A stretch of DNA of 64,000 bases from Candidatus Nomurabacteria bacterium RIFCSPHIGHO2_01_FULL_41_71 (GCA_001785355.1 MFTQ01000021.1:4033-68032), one strand, 5' to 3'; positions 35,823 through 45,369 are shown, numbered from the stretch's first letter. Numbers and translations are program-made. The notes: generated from the letters alone by a model not told the origin.

Positions 35823-37583
35823 TTGATAAAGAGCGCAGGAAGATTTTGCTTAAAAGAAAAAAGTTGGCTATTATATAAGTATAATCACATGCGTAAGAAT
35901 AAAGATGAAAAACCTTATAAGAATGAGTATCTGATATACAATCGGAAAAGCACGGACGATCAAGATAACCAAAAAAACTCTATCTCATACCAAACGATTG
36001 AAGCAATTAAGTTTGCAAAAAGAGAAAAATTATCAATTGCAAAAGTTGATATTCAAGGATTTTGTAAGGGAGGAATAATAAGCGAAAAACATACTGGCTT
36101 CAAAGAAGACAATAAACTCACAATCGGCGCTGATGGCCGAAGCATACAATATCAAATTAACAGACCGAAATTTGAGCAGTTAGTCCATGCACTAATAAAT
36201 GGCGAATATAGAGGTGTCATATTTCTTTGTTGGGATAGAGCTAGCCGTAATAAAAATGACGACAACATTATACGCAAATTGATGAAATTTAATGATTTAG
36301 ATATTCGGTTCGTTCAAGCAAACTATGATCATACGAGTGCCGGAGAGCTACACATGGATGTTGATGGAATGTTTGCACAACACCACTCAAGGAATACTAG
36401 CGAGAAAGTAACAAATACAAACAGGAAGCTTCGTGCAGAAGGCGTATGCACCTATAAGGCCCCAATAGGATACTTAAACACTGGAGACCCTCGTAATAAA
36501 CCTTTTGATCCAGAGCGTGCTTCGTTGGTCAAACAACTATTTGAAAAATATGCAGAAGACACATGGAGTTTAGCTGACCTTGCCCGTTGGGCAAACGATA
36601 ATGGTTTGACCATGCGACCTGTTCGCCGAAAAAGAACTACCGAAGAAATGCTTCGTGATGAGGAAGTAAAAATTGAGCCGGTTGCCCGTCCTATTACTTT
36701 CAATCATATCCACAAGATACTTACTAACTTATTCTATATTGGAAAGGTGTTGGGGAATAATGGAGTGTATGTGAAAAGTATTAGTCATGAGGCGCTTGTT
36801 GAAGAAGATTTATTTTATAGGGTGCAGGGTCTTTTGAATAAGAAAAGAGTCAGCGTTCATTACAAAAATAAACTTTATTTCGCTTACAGAGGACTTATAC
36901 GCTGTGGTCATTGTGAGCGTGTGTATACTCCTTACAAAAATAAAATCAAACAAAAAGAGTATTACGGAGCGCGTTGTATGAAAAATTGCATTAACACAAA
37001 AAGAAACATTGATGTTGATTTTATTGAGCAAAAAGTCGGTGCAATCATGTTTAATCTTTCTTTTACCAAAGAAGAAAAAGCTGACATTGACAGCCAAGTG
37101 CGAGATGAAGTTTCTACACTTGAAGACAAGCGCGTAGCTCAAATTAAGGCCATTGATCAAGAGAAGAAAAAACTCAACGAGGATTTATCATACTTGCGTA
37201 AGAATAAACTTACCTTGCTCAAAAATGGCGTTTACACTGGACAGGATTATCTCAATGAAGAATCCGATATAGCAAAAAAACTTGAAAACCTCCGAGAGCA
37301 AGAGAAGTCAAATAATGTTTCAATGCAGGAAGTGGTCAAAGATGTGGTATTTCTTTCCGAACTTCTAGAAGACGCGTATCTGTATTACACTTTGGCAAAT
37401 CCCACAGAAAAACAACAAATTATTACAAAAGTATTTTCCGAACTTTTACTATCCGGAGAAACCTTGAATTATAAGTGTAGAAATGGATTTAAGGTGTTTG
37501 AAAACAAAAAATCTCTCTTATGTGACCCTGCGGGGAGTCGAACCCCGGTTAACGGATTGAAAACCCGTTGTCCTAACCATTAG
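35823..37583 (+). CDS. Large serine recombinase (integrase) 2. 3' end reads antisense through tRNA-Glu
   Basis: YLIYNRKSTDDQDNQKNSISYQ catalytic-Ser motif, recombinase domain, CGHCERVY...CMKNC zinc ribbon, long coiled-coil. Confidence 0.85.
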   Translation: MIKSAGRFCLKEKSWLLYKYNHMRKNKDEKPYKNEYLIYNRKSTDDQDNQKNSISYQTIEAIKFAKREKLSIAKVDIQGFCKGGIISEKHTGFKEDNKLTIGADGRSIQYQINRPKFEQLVHALINGEYRGVIFLCWDRASRNKNDDNIIRKLMKFNDLDIRFVQANYDHTSAGELHMDVDGMFAQHHSRNTSEKVTNTNRKLRAEGVCTYKAPIGYLNTGDPRNKPFDPERASLVKQLFEKYAEDTWSLADLARWANDNGLTMRPVRRKRTTEEMLRDEEVKIEPVARPITFNHIHKILTNLFYIGKVLGNNGVYVKSISHEALVEEDLFYRVQGLLNKKRVSVHYKNKLYFAYRGLIRCGHCERVYTPYKNKIKQKEYYGARCMKNCINTKRNIDVDFIEQKVGAIMFNLSFTKEEKADIDSQVRDEVSTLEDKRVAQIKAIDQEKKKLNEDLSYLRKNKLTLLKNGVYTGQDYLNEESDIAKKLENLREQEKSNNVSMQEVVKDVVFLSELLEDAYLYYTLANPTEKQQIITKVFSELLLSGETLNYKCRNGFKVFENKKSLLCDPAGSRTPVNGLKTRCPNH

Positions 37584-37593
37584 ACGACAGGGC
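37522..37593 (-). tRNA. tRNA-Glu (anticodon TTC), no CCA
   Basis: Minus-strand fold: acceptor GGCCCTG/CAGGGTC (one GT pair), anticodon stem ACGGG/TCCGT with loop TTTTCAA, T-arm CGGGG-TTCGACT-CCCCG. Confidence 0.75.
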
Positions 37594-37654
37594 CATGGCG
37601 GTATAGTAGCTCATTTTTGAAAAATTCGCAAAAAATGCTATAATCCGTCCGCGT

Positions 37655-37873
37655 ATGTTAAGAAATAAAGTAACAATGTTATACCTTGCCAAGAATATTT
37701 CCGTCGTCATCGGTCTGGTTTTGATCTGGCGAGGGATATGGTATGTTTTGGACGGATTGGATAAATTAATTTTTGACGGTAGTCATATCTGGAGCGCTTT
37801 TGGCGGGATCATTCTCGGGTTGATTATCTTATATCTGCCGGATAAGGATTTGAAGGAAATTGAAAAATTATAA
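37655..37873 (+). CDS. Small membrane protein, unknown
   Basis: ORF with 2 TM. Confidence 0.3.
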   Translation: MLRNKVTMLYLAKNISVVIGLVLIWRGIWYVLDGLDKLIFDGSHIWSAFGGIILGLIILYLPDKDLKEIEKL

Positions 37874-37895
37874 TAAACTTGTCCGGTGCAAAGGC

Positions 37896-37977
37896 GGAGG
37901 GTTCGCCTAATGGTATGGCACTGGTTTCGAAAACCAGCGGGAGAAATCCCTTACAGGTTCAAGTCCTGTACCCTCCG
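37896..37977 (+). tRNA. tRNA-Ser (anticodon CGA), long variable arm, no CCA
   Basis: Acceptor GGAGGGT/ACCCTCC, anticodon stem CTGGT/ACCAG with loop TTCGAAA, T-arm ACAGG-TTCAAGT-CCTGT. Confidence 0.8.
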
Positions 37978-38000
37978 CTTTCGTACGGGATTGAGAAAAT

Positions 38001-38447
38001 ATGACAACAAAAAATATTTCAAAAAAGAAAATCAGAGAAACCGCACTTAAATATCTTGCAGGCAATAGGTTGATGATTTTGGCAACTGCCAATAAGGGCA
38101 AACCTTGGGCGGCCACGGTTTTCTTCGCTTATGATAAAGAATTTAATTTATATTTTTTCTCGAGGCCGGAGACAAAGCATTGTAAGCATATAGAGAAAAA
38201 TTCCAATGTGGCAGTGGCGATAAGCCATGACTGGGGCGAGCCCGGTTTTATCAAAGGTTTTCAGATGGTTGGTCAGGCGAGGCGGGTTTCTAAAACAGAT
38301 TACAAGCGTCTTTACGCGTTTTTTCGCAAGCGTTTTTCATGGGCGGACGAATCCCTTAACCATGTTTTGTATCAAATTAAACCTGCGGAAGTTTACCATA
38401 TCAACCAGAAAGTTTTTGGTCATTTTTATCGGGTGCGGGTTTTATAA
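38001..38447 (+). CDS. Pyridoxamine 5'-phosphate oxidase-like FMN-binding split-barrel protein
   Basis: LMILATANKGKPWAATVFFAY...NSNVAVAIS pattern of the PNPOx-like family. Confidence 0.55.
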   Translation: MTTKNISKKKIRETALKYLAGNRLMILATANKGKPWAATVFFAYDKEFNLYFFSRPETKHCKHIEKNSNVAVAISHDWGEPGFIKGFQMVGQARRVSKTDYKRLYAFFRKRFSWADESLNHVLYQIKPAEVYHINQKVFGHFYRVRVL

Positions 38448-38530
38448 AATTTTGACGATACCACAATAGCAACGACCGTAGCCATTATGGTATTAAAGAA
38501 ATAAATTTCGAATAAAAGATTTAAACTTCA

Positions 38531-39514
38531 TTACCTCGCGTGCAAGTAAAGATAAATATCTTCAAGCGCACGGACGGCATCGCCAGCCGCTATATTATTC
38601 TGGTGATAGAGCACGTTCGTGCAGTCTCCGGCGGCCCAGATACCCGGCACGTCAGTCTTGCCGGTGGATGGTTCAATTTTTATCCTGCCGATCTCGTCTA
38701 GGGAGAGTATATCTTTTACAAAATTGGTATTCGGAATCTGTCCGATCTCCACGAAAATTCCAGAAACTTTAAGTTCTTTTTCTTCGTCAGTTTTTTTATT
38801 TTTATATATTAATCCCTCTACGAATTTTTCACCTCTTACCTCCAGAATATCGGCATTTTTTATTACACTCATTTTCGGATTTTTTAAAACTTTTTCCACT
38901 GTAATTTCATCCGCTCGAAAAGTGTCGCTTCTGTTTATAAGCGTCACCGACTTGCAATACGCGAGTAGTTGGGCGGCTGTTTCAAAGCCCGCATTTCCGC
39001 CTCCTATGACCGCCACATCCATATCCGCAAAGAGTGGTCCATCGCAGGAAGCGCAGTAGGTAAGGCCCTTGTGTTCTAGTCGATCCGCGTTCTTGGCTTC
39101 GAGTTTTCTTCTGGCCGACCCGGTTGCCACCAGCACGGTCTTGGTTTCGAATTCTTCTCCTGTTTCTGTTTTTATCAGGAAGATTCTTTTGGACATTTCA
39201 GACGTTGGACGTCCGGTATTCGGATGTCCAACGTCTGAAACATCAGTCACTTTGGTTTCTTTCACTTCAAGTGTTTGCCCGCTTCCCGTATTAGCCATCA
39301 CGTGTTTCCTTAAATTTTCCGCCAGTTCAGCTCCGGAGAGGGAGGTGGTGCCGATCCAATTGTATACCTGTTCGGATACCACTGACTGCCCGCCCCATTC
39401 GGAGACGATAAGGAGGGTACGTAATTTTTTGCGCGCGGCATAAACCGCGGCGGCGGCTCCGGCGGGACCGCCGCCGATAATTATTAAATCGCATATCATA
39501 TTCACATTATACAC
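38531..39514 (-). CDS. trxB: Thioredoxin-disulfide reductase
   Basis: IIIGGGPAGAAAA FAD motif, redox-active CASCDG, NADPH GGGNAG motif. Confidence 0.85.
   Translation of the reverse strand: MYNVNMICDLIIIGGGPAGAAAAVYAARKKLRTLLIVSEWGGQSVVSEQVYNWIGTTSLSGAELAENLRKHVMANTGSGQTLEVKETKVTDVSDVGHPNTGRPTSEMSKRIFLIKTETGEEFETKTVLVATGSARRKLEAKNADRLEHKGLTYCASCDGPLFADMDVAVIGGGNAGFETAAQLLAYCKSVTLINRSDTFRADEITVEKVLKNPKMSVIKNADILEVRGEKFVEGLIYKNKKTDEEKELKVSGIFVEIGQIPNTNFVKDILSLDEIGRIKIEPSTGKTDVPGIWAAGDCTNVLYHQNNIAAGDAVRALEDIYLYLHAR
39196..39240. repeat. Imperfect 45-bp palindrome with GACGTTGGACGTCC core inserted in-frame in trxB
   Basis: tttcagacgttggacgtccgg-tat-tcggatgtccaacgtctgaaa. Encodes SDVGHPNTGRPTSEMS. 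Core nearly identical to the leuS palindrome at 637-674. Confidence 0.8.
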
Positions 39515-39525
39515 TATTTCGTAAA

Positions 39526-40713
39526 TTAGTTCTTCTTTCTCCTCAAAAATGCGGGCACTGCGCTCCAGTCGTCTCCGTCGTCTTCGATTATAATTTCTTC
39601 CTCTTTTTTCTTGTCTTCTTTTTTCATAAAATCGTTTCCACTTCCGATGTTGCTCTGAATCGTGTTATGTATTTCTTTTTTTGCTTGCCCCGCGTTGTCT
39701 TCTTTTAAAGTCGGTCCGCTCGAAACTGCGGAGAATAAACTCTTTCTGGATGTTTCACCCACGCCGAAACTGGTGGCAATGACAGTGACTTTGAGTTCTC
39801 CCTTTTTGAGTTTGTCGTCTCTGATGGTGCCGAAAATGACCTTCGCGTCCTTGTCTATGGATTCTGTTATTATTTTAGCGGCGTCTTGGATCTCGTGAAT
39901 GGTAATGTCGTCTCCGCCGGAGATAGCAAAAAGCACTCCTTTGGCTCCATTGATGGAGACCTCAAGAAGAGGAGAATTAATAGCCTGAAGCGCCGCCTTT
40001 TCGGCGCGCTTGTCTCCGGAAGAAAGGCCGATACCCATCAGGGCGGAGCCGGCGTCTTGCATGATGGCTCGGATATCCGCGAAGTCCACATTGATGATAC
40101 CCGGAGTGGTGATGAGGTCGGAGATGCCTTCTACCGCCTGGCGGAGTACATCGTCGCACTGGGCGAAAGCATCCTTGAAATTAGTATTTTTGTCCGCCAG
40201 CTGGAGAAGCTTGTCATTGGGGATGATAATAATGGCGTCCACTTCTTTGGCCAATTCCTCAATACCCTTTTCCGCTATCTTCATGCGATGAGCTCCTTCG
40301 AAGAAAAATGGCTTGGTGGTAACCGCGATGGTAAGAATGCCTTGCTCTCTAGCCGCTCGCGCCACTATCGGCGCCGCTCCCGTGCCGGTACCTCCGCCCA
40401 TTCCGCAGGCGATAAACACCATATCCGCCCCTTTCATTACATCCTGAATTTCTGATTTGGTTTCCTCGGCCGCCTTGCGTCCCACTTCCGGATTCATGCC
40501 GGCGCCGAGACCCTTGGTAAGATTTTTCCCTATGTGAATTTTCTTGTCGGCCAGAGAATGATGCAGATCTTGAGTATCGGTATTCATGCAGATAAACGAC
40601 ACCCCCTTGACTTTAGAGTTGATCATGTGGTTTACCGCATTCTTGCCTGATCCGCCTATTCCGAGCACTATTATTCTGGCAAAACTCTCTATCGCTTGGT
40701 TTACTTTTGGCAT
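39526..40713 (-). CDS. ftsZ: Cell division GTPase FtsZ
   Basis: GGGTGTG tubulin signature, T7 loop. Confidence 0.9.
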   Translation of the reverse strand: MPKVNQAIESFARIIVLGIGGSGKNAVNHMINSKVKGVSFICMNTDTQDLHHSLADKKIHIGKNLTKGLGAGMNPEVGRKAAEETKSEIQDVMKGADMVFIACGMGGGTGTGAAPIVARAAREQGILTIAVTTKPFFFEGAHRMKIAEKGIEELAKEVDAIIIIPNDKLLQLADKNTNFKDAFAQCDDVLRQAVEGISDLITTPGIINVDFADIRAIMQDAGSALMGIGLSSGDKRAEKAALQAINSPLLEVSINGAKGVLFAISGGDDITIHEIQDAAKIITESIDKDAKVIFGTIRDDKLKKGELKVTVIATSFGVGETSRKSLFSAVSSGPTLKEDNAGQAKKEIHNTIQSNIGSGNDFMKKEDKKKEEEIIIEDDGDDWSAVPAFLRRKKN

Positions 40714-40797
40714 ATTTTCTTGATAAAATTAATCCGATTGGTATGTCGGGCTTGTATATGGGCATACTACCACTAGTCCGAAAAAAAGCAAACCCCA

Positions 40798-40818
40798 CTT
40801 GGAGGCAAGACCTCCAAG
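40798..40818. repeat. REP hairpin cttggagg-CAAGA-cctccaag (family cognate to RAYT-2), plus adjacent half-copy
   Basis: Copies also at 41272-41293 (inside RAYT-2 ORF) and 41496-41516. Confidence 0.85.
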
Positions 40819-40835
40819 TTCCCTCCAAGTTCGAA

Positions 40836-41480
40836 TTAATCAAATTCAAAGTTTTTGACCTCTTCCTTTCTATTACATGTAGTTTTCCAAGTTTCTAGTG
40901 CAAATTTCTCGTATTCTTTTTTGGATTTGAATTGGCCAAGAATCATAGATTTTTCACAAAAATTGATATTACTAGATTGGGTATATTCTATCCAACTTGA
41001 CATGTTTAACGATTTTTTAATTACCCCATTTTTGTCATAGTTGTTTAAATTTATATAAGCGCCAACTTGAAGTAAATACTCATTTGAATTTATGTGTTTA
41101 CTTTTAAATTTTCCCTGAAAGAGTGAACCCGATCTCTTATTTCTTTCGTTAAAATACATAGTGTAACCAGTTCCAAGTCGTTGCATAAATTTTTCCACTC
41201 CTTTTTCCACAAGGGGAGTGAGAAGAAAGTGATAATGATTAGGATTCAAACAGTAAGTTACAAATCTTACCAACTTGGAGGTCTTGCCTCCAAGTTGCTT
41301 TTCTTTTACAAAACTATTCTCATACAAACTACCAATGGGATTTTTAGTATTAAATTCTTTCATACTTTGAAAAAATCTTCCCAAATCTTTTTTATCGGAA
41401 AATATATTTCTTTTATCTACGCCCCTATTATAAATATGATAATACTCTCCTGGCAGGAAGGCCATTTTTCTCATAGACAT
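40836..41480 (-). CDS. IS200-like/RAYT-type tyrosine transposase paralog 2, inserted between ftsA and ftsZ
   Basis: GEYYHIYNRG, HYHFLLTP HxH motif. One REP copy inside the ORF encodes KQLGGKTSKLV in-frame. Confidence 0.7.
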   Translation of the reverse strand: MSMRKMAFLPGEYYHIYNRGVDKRNIFSDKKDLGRFFQSMKEFNTKNPIGSLYENSFVKEKQLGGKTSKLVRFVTYCLNPNHYHFLLTPLVEKGVEKFMQRLGTGYTMYFNERNKRSGSLFQGKFKSKHINSNEYLLQVGAYINLNNYDKNGVIKKSLNMSSWIEYTQSSNINFCEKSMILGQFKSKKEYEKFALETWKTTCNRKEEVKNFEFD

Positions 41481-41495
41481 ACCTAAATTATAGCA

Positions 41496-41516
41496 CTTGG
41501 AGGCAAGACCTCCAAG
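41496..41516. repeat. REP hairpin (RAYT-2 family) upstream of RAYT-2
   Basis: cttggaggcaagacctccaag. Confidence 0.85.
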
Positions 41517-41520
41517 TGGA

Positions 41521-42684
41521 TTAAGGCATCAGCTGTTTTAGTCCCGACTTCAGAGTTTTTTTTGTTTCTTTCCAGAATTGATGGAAAGAATTTCCGGAAT
41601 ATTCTTCTTTGCCTCGTACGGCTATTATAGTGCCTAGAGCGATGAACCAAGCCGGATCTCGAAGCTTGGTTTTAGCGTTGCCGAAAATTTCTGTTTCTCC
41701 TATTTTAGAAGGGAGCTTCAGCGCATCTTCGGCAAGTTCCACCAAGCGGGGGGTATTGGCGCCTCCGCCGATGAATACGATTCCGGCCGGCAAAAGCTCG
41801 GAACGTTTTATTTTTTTTAAATGATTTTCTAAAAGTTCAAAGATATCAGACAGACGAGCTTCTATTATTTCTTCCAGTTTTTTCTTTGAATATTCCTCGA
41901 TTAAGTTTCCAAGCTTCAAACTCTCCGCTGTTTCGAGGGGAATTTTCATACCGAGGGCTATATCGTTGGTAATGTCTTCTCCGCCTATCGAAAAAGTATG
42001 AATAGAGGAGAGCAATCCGTTTTCAAAAATAGAAATAGAGACTTTTTCCGCTCCGATATCCACCACCGCCGAACCCACCACTTTCTGTCTTTGCGAGAGG
42101 GCGATCATGCTTCCGGCTACTCCTCCCGGGACCACATCCACTGCTTCTATCCCGGCCTCCGCTACTGCGGCTAGCAGATCTTCCAGATGCACGGAAGAAT
42201 AAGTGACGAAAAGAGCCTTTGCTTCCAGCTTGTTTCCGCGCAAGCCCTCGAGTCTGCCGAGCACTTCTTTTCCGTCTAATCGGAAGGAAAGTGGCACCAC
42301 TTGAATTATTTTTTTGTTATTTAAATTAAGATTATCTTCACATTCATCCAACGCCTTGTTTACATCAAGGCTTGTGACTTCTCCATCGGATTTGGTGATA
42401 ATGGAGACTCCGGTCGAAACCACGCTTCGAAGAGTGGCGCCGGAGAGCGACACCAGAGCCCGCCTTATCTTAATGCCGCTTGATCTCTCCGCTATTTCTG
42501 CCGCCTTCTTTACCGAGGAGGCTATCTCTTCTATATTGATCACGTAGCCGTGCCTCATGCCAAAAGTGGGGCTTTCGCCCGCGCCGATTATTTTAGGATT
42601 TTGTTCTCCTTTGAGAAATTCCCCCACTACTATCCGGGTCATGGAGGAACCTACGTCTATTCCGATAGAAATATTTCTGGTCAT
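41521..42684 (-). CDS. ftsA: Cell division protein FtsA
   Basis: Actin-fold motifs IGIDVGSSMTRIVVGE, DIGAEKVSISI, FIGGGANTP. Confidence 0.9.
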   Translation of the reverse strand: MTRNISIGIDVGSSMTRIVVGEFLKGEQNPKIIGAGESPTFGMRHGYVINIEEIASSVKKAAEIAERSSGIKIRRALVSLSGATLRSVVSTGVSIITKSDGEVTSLDVNKALDECEDNLNLNNKKIIQVVPLSFRLDGKEVLGRLEGLRGNKLEAKALFVTYSSVHLEDLLAAVAEAGIEAVDVVPGGVAGSMIALSQRQKVVGSAVVDIGAEKVSISIFENGLLSSIHTFSIGGEDITNDIALGMKIPLETAESLKLGNLIEEYSKKKLEEIIEARLSDIFELLENHLKKIKRSELLPAGIVFIGGGANTPRLVELAEDALKLPSKIGETEIFGNAKTKLRDPAWFIALGTIIAVRGKEEYSGNSFHQFWKETKKTLKSGLKQLMP

Positions 42685-43072
42685 ATTTTTTTTCCGCTTT
42701 GTCCATTATACTGCCATGACGCATTCCTTTCAAATGAAGCATGCCGTGGATAACCAGAATGCCCAAGTGGAGGCCGAAAGTTTTTCCAAAACTTTCGGCC
42801 TCTTTCTTGATCACTGTTCCGCACAATATTATTTCACCTTCTTTTTTTTTAAGAGAAAAAGACAGCACGTTGGCGACTTTATCTTTTTTCCTGTATTTTT
42901 TGTTCAACTCCCGGGATTTTTTCTCATCCACGAAAGCTATCGATAAGGAGTAGTTTTCGCCCAAGATGTCGTTCTTTATAGCTGAAAATTGCAACCGAGG
43001 GATCCGGAGACGGGTCGTGTTTGTAGTGAAGAAACCGCCTTGCATTTTATCTGCGAGTCTGATGTCCGCCAC
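42593..43072 (-). CDS. ybeY: Endoribonuclease YbeY (with ~40-aa C-terminal extension overlapping ftsA start)
   Basis: HGMLHLKGMRHG metal-binding H-x3-H-x5-H motif. Confidence 0.7.
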   Translation of the reverse strand: MADIRLADKMQGGFFTTNTTRLRIPRLQFSAIKNDILGENYSLSIAFVDEKKSRELNKKYRKKDKVANVLSFSLKKKEGEIILCGTVIKKEAESFGKTFGLHLGILVIHGMLHLKGMRHGSIMDKAEKKYDQKYFYRNRRRFLHDPDSSGGISQRRTKS

Positions 43073-43295
43073 CGATCTTGCCGAGCTTCCTTAGGATTTC
43101 AATTTCTTTTCTTTTTTTGATTCTTTTCAGAGCACTTTTCTTAACTTTTAGCCTGGATTCTTTTCTTTCATTGTAGCGTGAACCCTTAATCTTGTGGATG
43201 ATGCCAGACTCTTGCACCCTGCGCGAAAAACGACGCAAGACGCTTGCGTTGTTTTCATTCGGATTTTTTTTGACTTCAATCACTGCTTTGGCCAT
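43047..43295 (-). CDS. rpsU: Ribosomal protein bS21
   Basis: Lys/Arg-rich 82-aa protein; VLRRFSRRVQESGII...KKSALKR pattern. Confidence 0.65.
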   Translation of the reverse strand: MAKAVIEVKKNPNENNASVLRRFSRRVQESGIIHKIKGSRYNERKESRLKVKKSALKRIKKRKEIEILRKLGKIGGGHQTRR

Positions 43296-43418
43296 ATTTT
43301 GTCCGCCGAAGCCTTGGCGAAGGCGGATGACTAGAGAATATCACAAAAATTATTTTTAGCAACCAGTTGGATTTGGATTTATTGACTTTCCGCTAAAAAA
43401 ATATAATAATTATTAATT

Positions 43419-43886
43419 ATGCAGCAAGTGGCGGACTATATAACCGAAGAGAAAAAACAGGAATTAGAAACGGAGCTTGCGGATTTGCGCGGTCCGAGAA
43501 GAAAAGAGATTTTAGAAGCTTTGCAGTATGCCAAATCTCTGGGTGACTTATCGGAGAACGCGGAATATCACCAAGCGAGGGAGGATCAGGGGAAACTCGA
43601 AGTCAGGATCCAAAAGATCGAACAAATTCTTCAGTCTGCCCAGGTAATTCAAAGTAAGGGCGGAAATATTATTCAAGTGGGATCGAAAGTAGTGGTGCAG
43701 AAAGCGGGAATGACCGAAGAGAAGATTTATGTGATAGTGGGTTCGGAGGAAGCCTCCATGGCTGAAGGAAAAATTTCCAATCGTTCTCCGTTCGGCGCGG
43801 CTATGTTCGGAAAAAAAAAGGGAGATAGGATATCCTTCGAGACTCCACGGGGAACGGTAAATTATAAAATAATAAAAGTGTCTTAA
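43419..43886 (+). CDS. greA: Transcription elongation factor GreA
   Basis: N-terminal coiled-coil with GDLSENAEY acidic tip, C-terminal FKBP-like domain. Confidence 0.85.
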   Translation: MQQVADYITEEKKQELETELADLRGPRRKEILEALQYAKSLGDLSENAEYHQAREDQGKLEVRIQKIEQILQSAQVIQSKGGNIIQVGSKVVVQKAGMTEEKIYVIVGSEEASMAEGKISNRSPFGAAMFGKKKGDRISFETPRGTVNYKIIKVS

Positions 43887-43908
43887 TCGCCCCTGGGGCG
43901 GAATAAAA

Positions 43909-45369
43909 ATGTCTTCACTCGACGAGATCAGGGACATCCGGATAAAAAAAATAAATCTGCTTCGAAAGGCGGGGATGGATCCGTATCCGGCGGATTCAAA
44001 AAGAGAAATTTCTTTAAAAGACGCGGTTGATAGTTTTGACAATTTAGAAAAAAATAGGAAAGAAAAATGGATTGCCGGACGCATCATGTCTATCCGTGGA
44101 CAGGGAGCAATAATTTTTTTCACTTTATACGACGGCACCGGCAGTTTCCAGGGAGTGCTCAAAAAGGACGTCTTGGGAGCCGAAAAACTCGATTTTTGGA
44201 ACGAAGTAGTCGACATTGGGGATTTCGTAGAAGTACGGGGAATTTTTTTTAAGACAAACAGGGGAGAAAAAACAATAGAAGCAAAAGACTGGCGCATGCT
44301 CTCAAAAAGTCTGCGGCCGCTTCCAGAGAAATGGCATGGACTCACAGACTCCGAAGAGAGATACAGAAAACGATATTTGGATATCTTGATGAATCCGGAG
44401 CTTAAGGAACTTTTCGAAAAGAAGGCAAAATTTTGGGATGTCACTCGGGAATTTATGAAGCAAAAAGGATTTCTGGAAGTAGAAACTCCGACACTTGAGA
44501 CGACTACCGGTGGCGCCGAAGCCACTCCTTTTAAGACTCACCATAATGATTATGATATGGATGTGTATTTAAGAATTTCTGTCGGCGAGCTTTGGCAGAA
44601 AAGGCTGATGGCTGGAGGATTTCCAAAAACCTTTGAAATCGGGAGAATATACAGGAACGAGGGTACTAGTCCGGAGCATGCGCAGGAATTTACAAATATG
44701 GAATTTTACTGGGGCTTTGCCAATTACAACGACGGTATGGCTCTAGTACGAGAGATGTATATTGAAATAGCCAAGAAAGTTTTTTGCACGACCAAATTCT
44801 CGAGTCACGGACACACTTTTGATCTGATGGATGAGTGGAAAGAAATAGATTATGTTTCAGAAATAAAAAATCGGACCGGGGTGGATGTTCTTTCCGCAGG
44901 CGAAAAAGATATGATGAAAAAATTAGACGAGCTTGGAGTGAAATATGAGGGTATGGGCAAAGAACGCTTGACGGATTCGCTCTGGAAGTATTGCCGAAAG
45001 CAAATATCCGGTCCGGCAATGCTTATTCATCATCCGACTCTAGTAGCCCCACTGTCAAAAATTAATCCCGCGAATCCGTTGACCACAGAAAGATTTCAGC
45101 CACTCATTGCAGGTAGCGAAGTAGGGAATGGATATTCGGAATTAAATGACCCCATAGATCAGCATGAACGTTTTGAAGTTCAGAGAAAGCTAATAGAAGC
45201 GGGGGATGAAGAGGCCATGATGCCGGATGACGAATTTGTGGAAATGCTCGAGTATGGTATGCCGCCTACTTGCGGATTCGGGTTTGGCGAGAGACTTTTT
45301 TCAATATTGTCAGATAAACCCCTTCGCGAAACTCAAATATTCCCGTTAATGAAGCCCAAGGAGAATTAA
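43909..45369 (+). CDS. lysS: Lysyl-tRNA synthetase, class II
   Basis: OB-fold N-domain, motif 2 FLEVETPTL...GGA.A.PF, motif 3 GFGFGERL. Confidence 0.9.
   Translation: MSSLDEIRDIRIKKINLLRKAGMDPYPADSKREISLKDAVDSFDNLEKNRKEKWIAGRIMSIRGQGAIIFFTLYDGTGSFQGVLKKDVLGAEKLDFWNEVVDIGDFVEVRGIFFKTNRGEKTIEAKDWRMLSKSLRPLPEKWHGLTDSEERYRKRYLDILMNPELKELFEKKAKFWDVTREFMKQKGFLEVETPTLETTTGGAEATPFKTHHNDYDMDVYLRISVGELWQKRLMAGGFPKTFEIGRIYRNEGTSPEHAQEFTNMEFYWGFANYNDGMALVREMYIEIAKKVFCTTKFSSHGHTFDLMDEWKEIDYVSEIKNRTGVDVLSAGEKDMMKKLDELGVKYEGMGKERLTDSLWKYCRKQISGPAMLIHHPTLVAPLSKINPANPLTTERFQPLIAGSEVGNGYSELNDPIDQHERFEVQRKLIEAGDEEAMMPDDEFVEMLEYGMPPTCGFGFGERLFSILSDKPLRETQIFPLMKPKEN

Noticed and set aside
35663-35878. 71-aa ORF upstream of recombinase 2
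   Set aside because: The ORF is carried largely by the REP-like hairpin and has no protein-like composition. Treated as spurious.
39455-39485. GC palindrome cggcggcgg...ccgccgccg in trxB
   Set aside because: It is the Gly/Ala-rich FAD-binding motif (GGGPAGAAAA) read on the opposite strand. The symmetry is explained by GGN/GCN codon repetition, not an inserted element.
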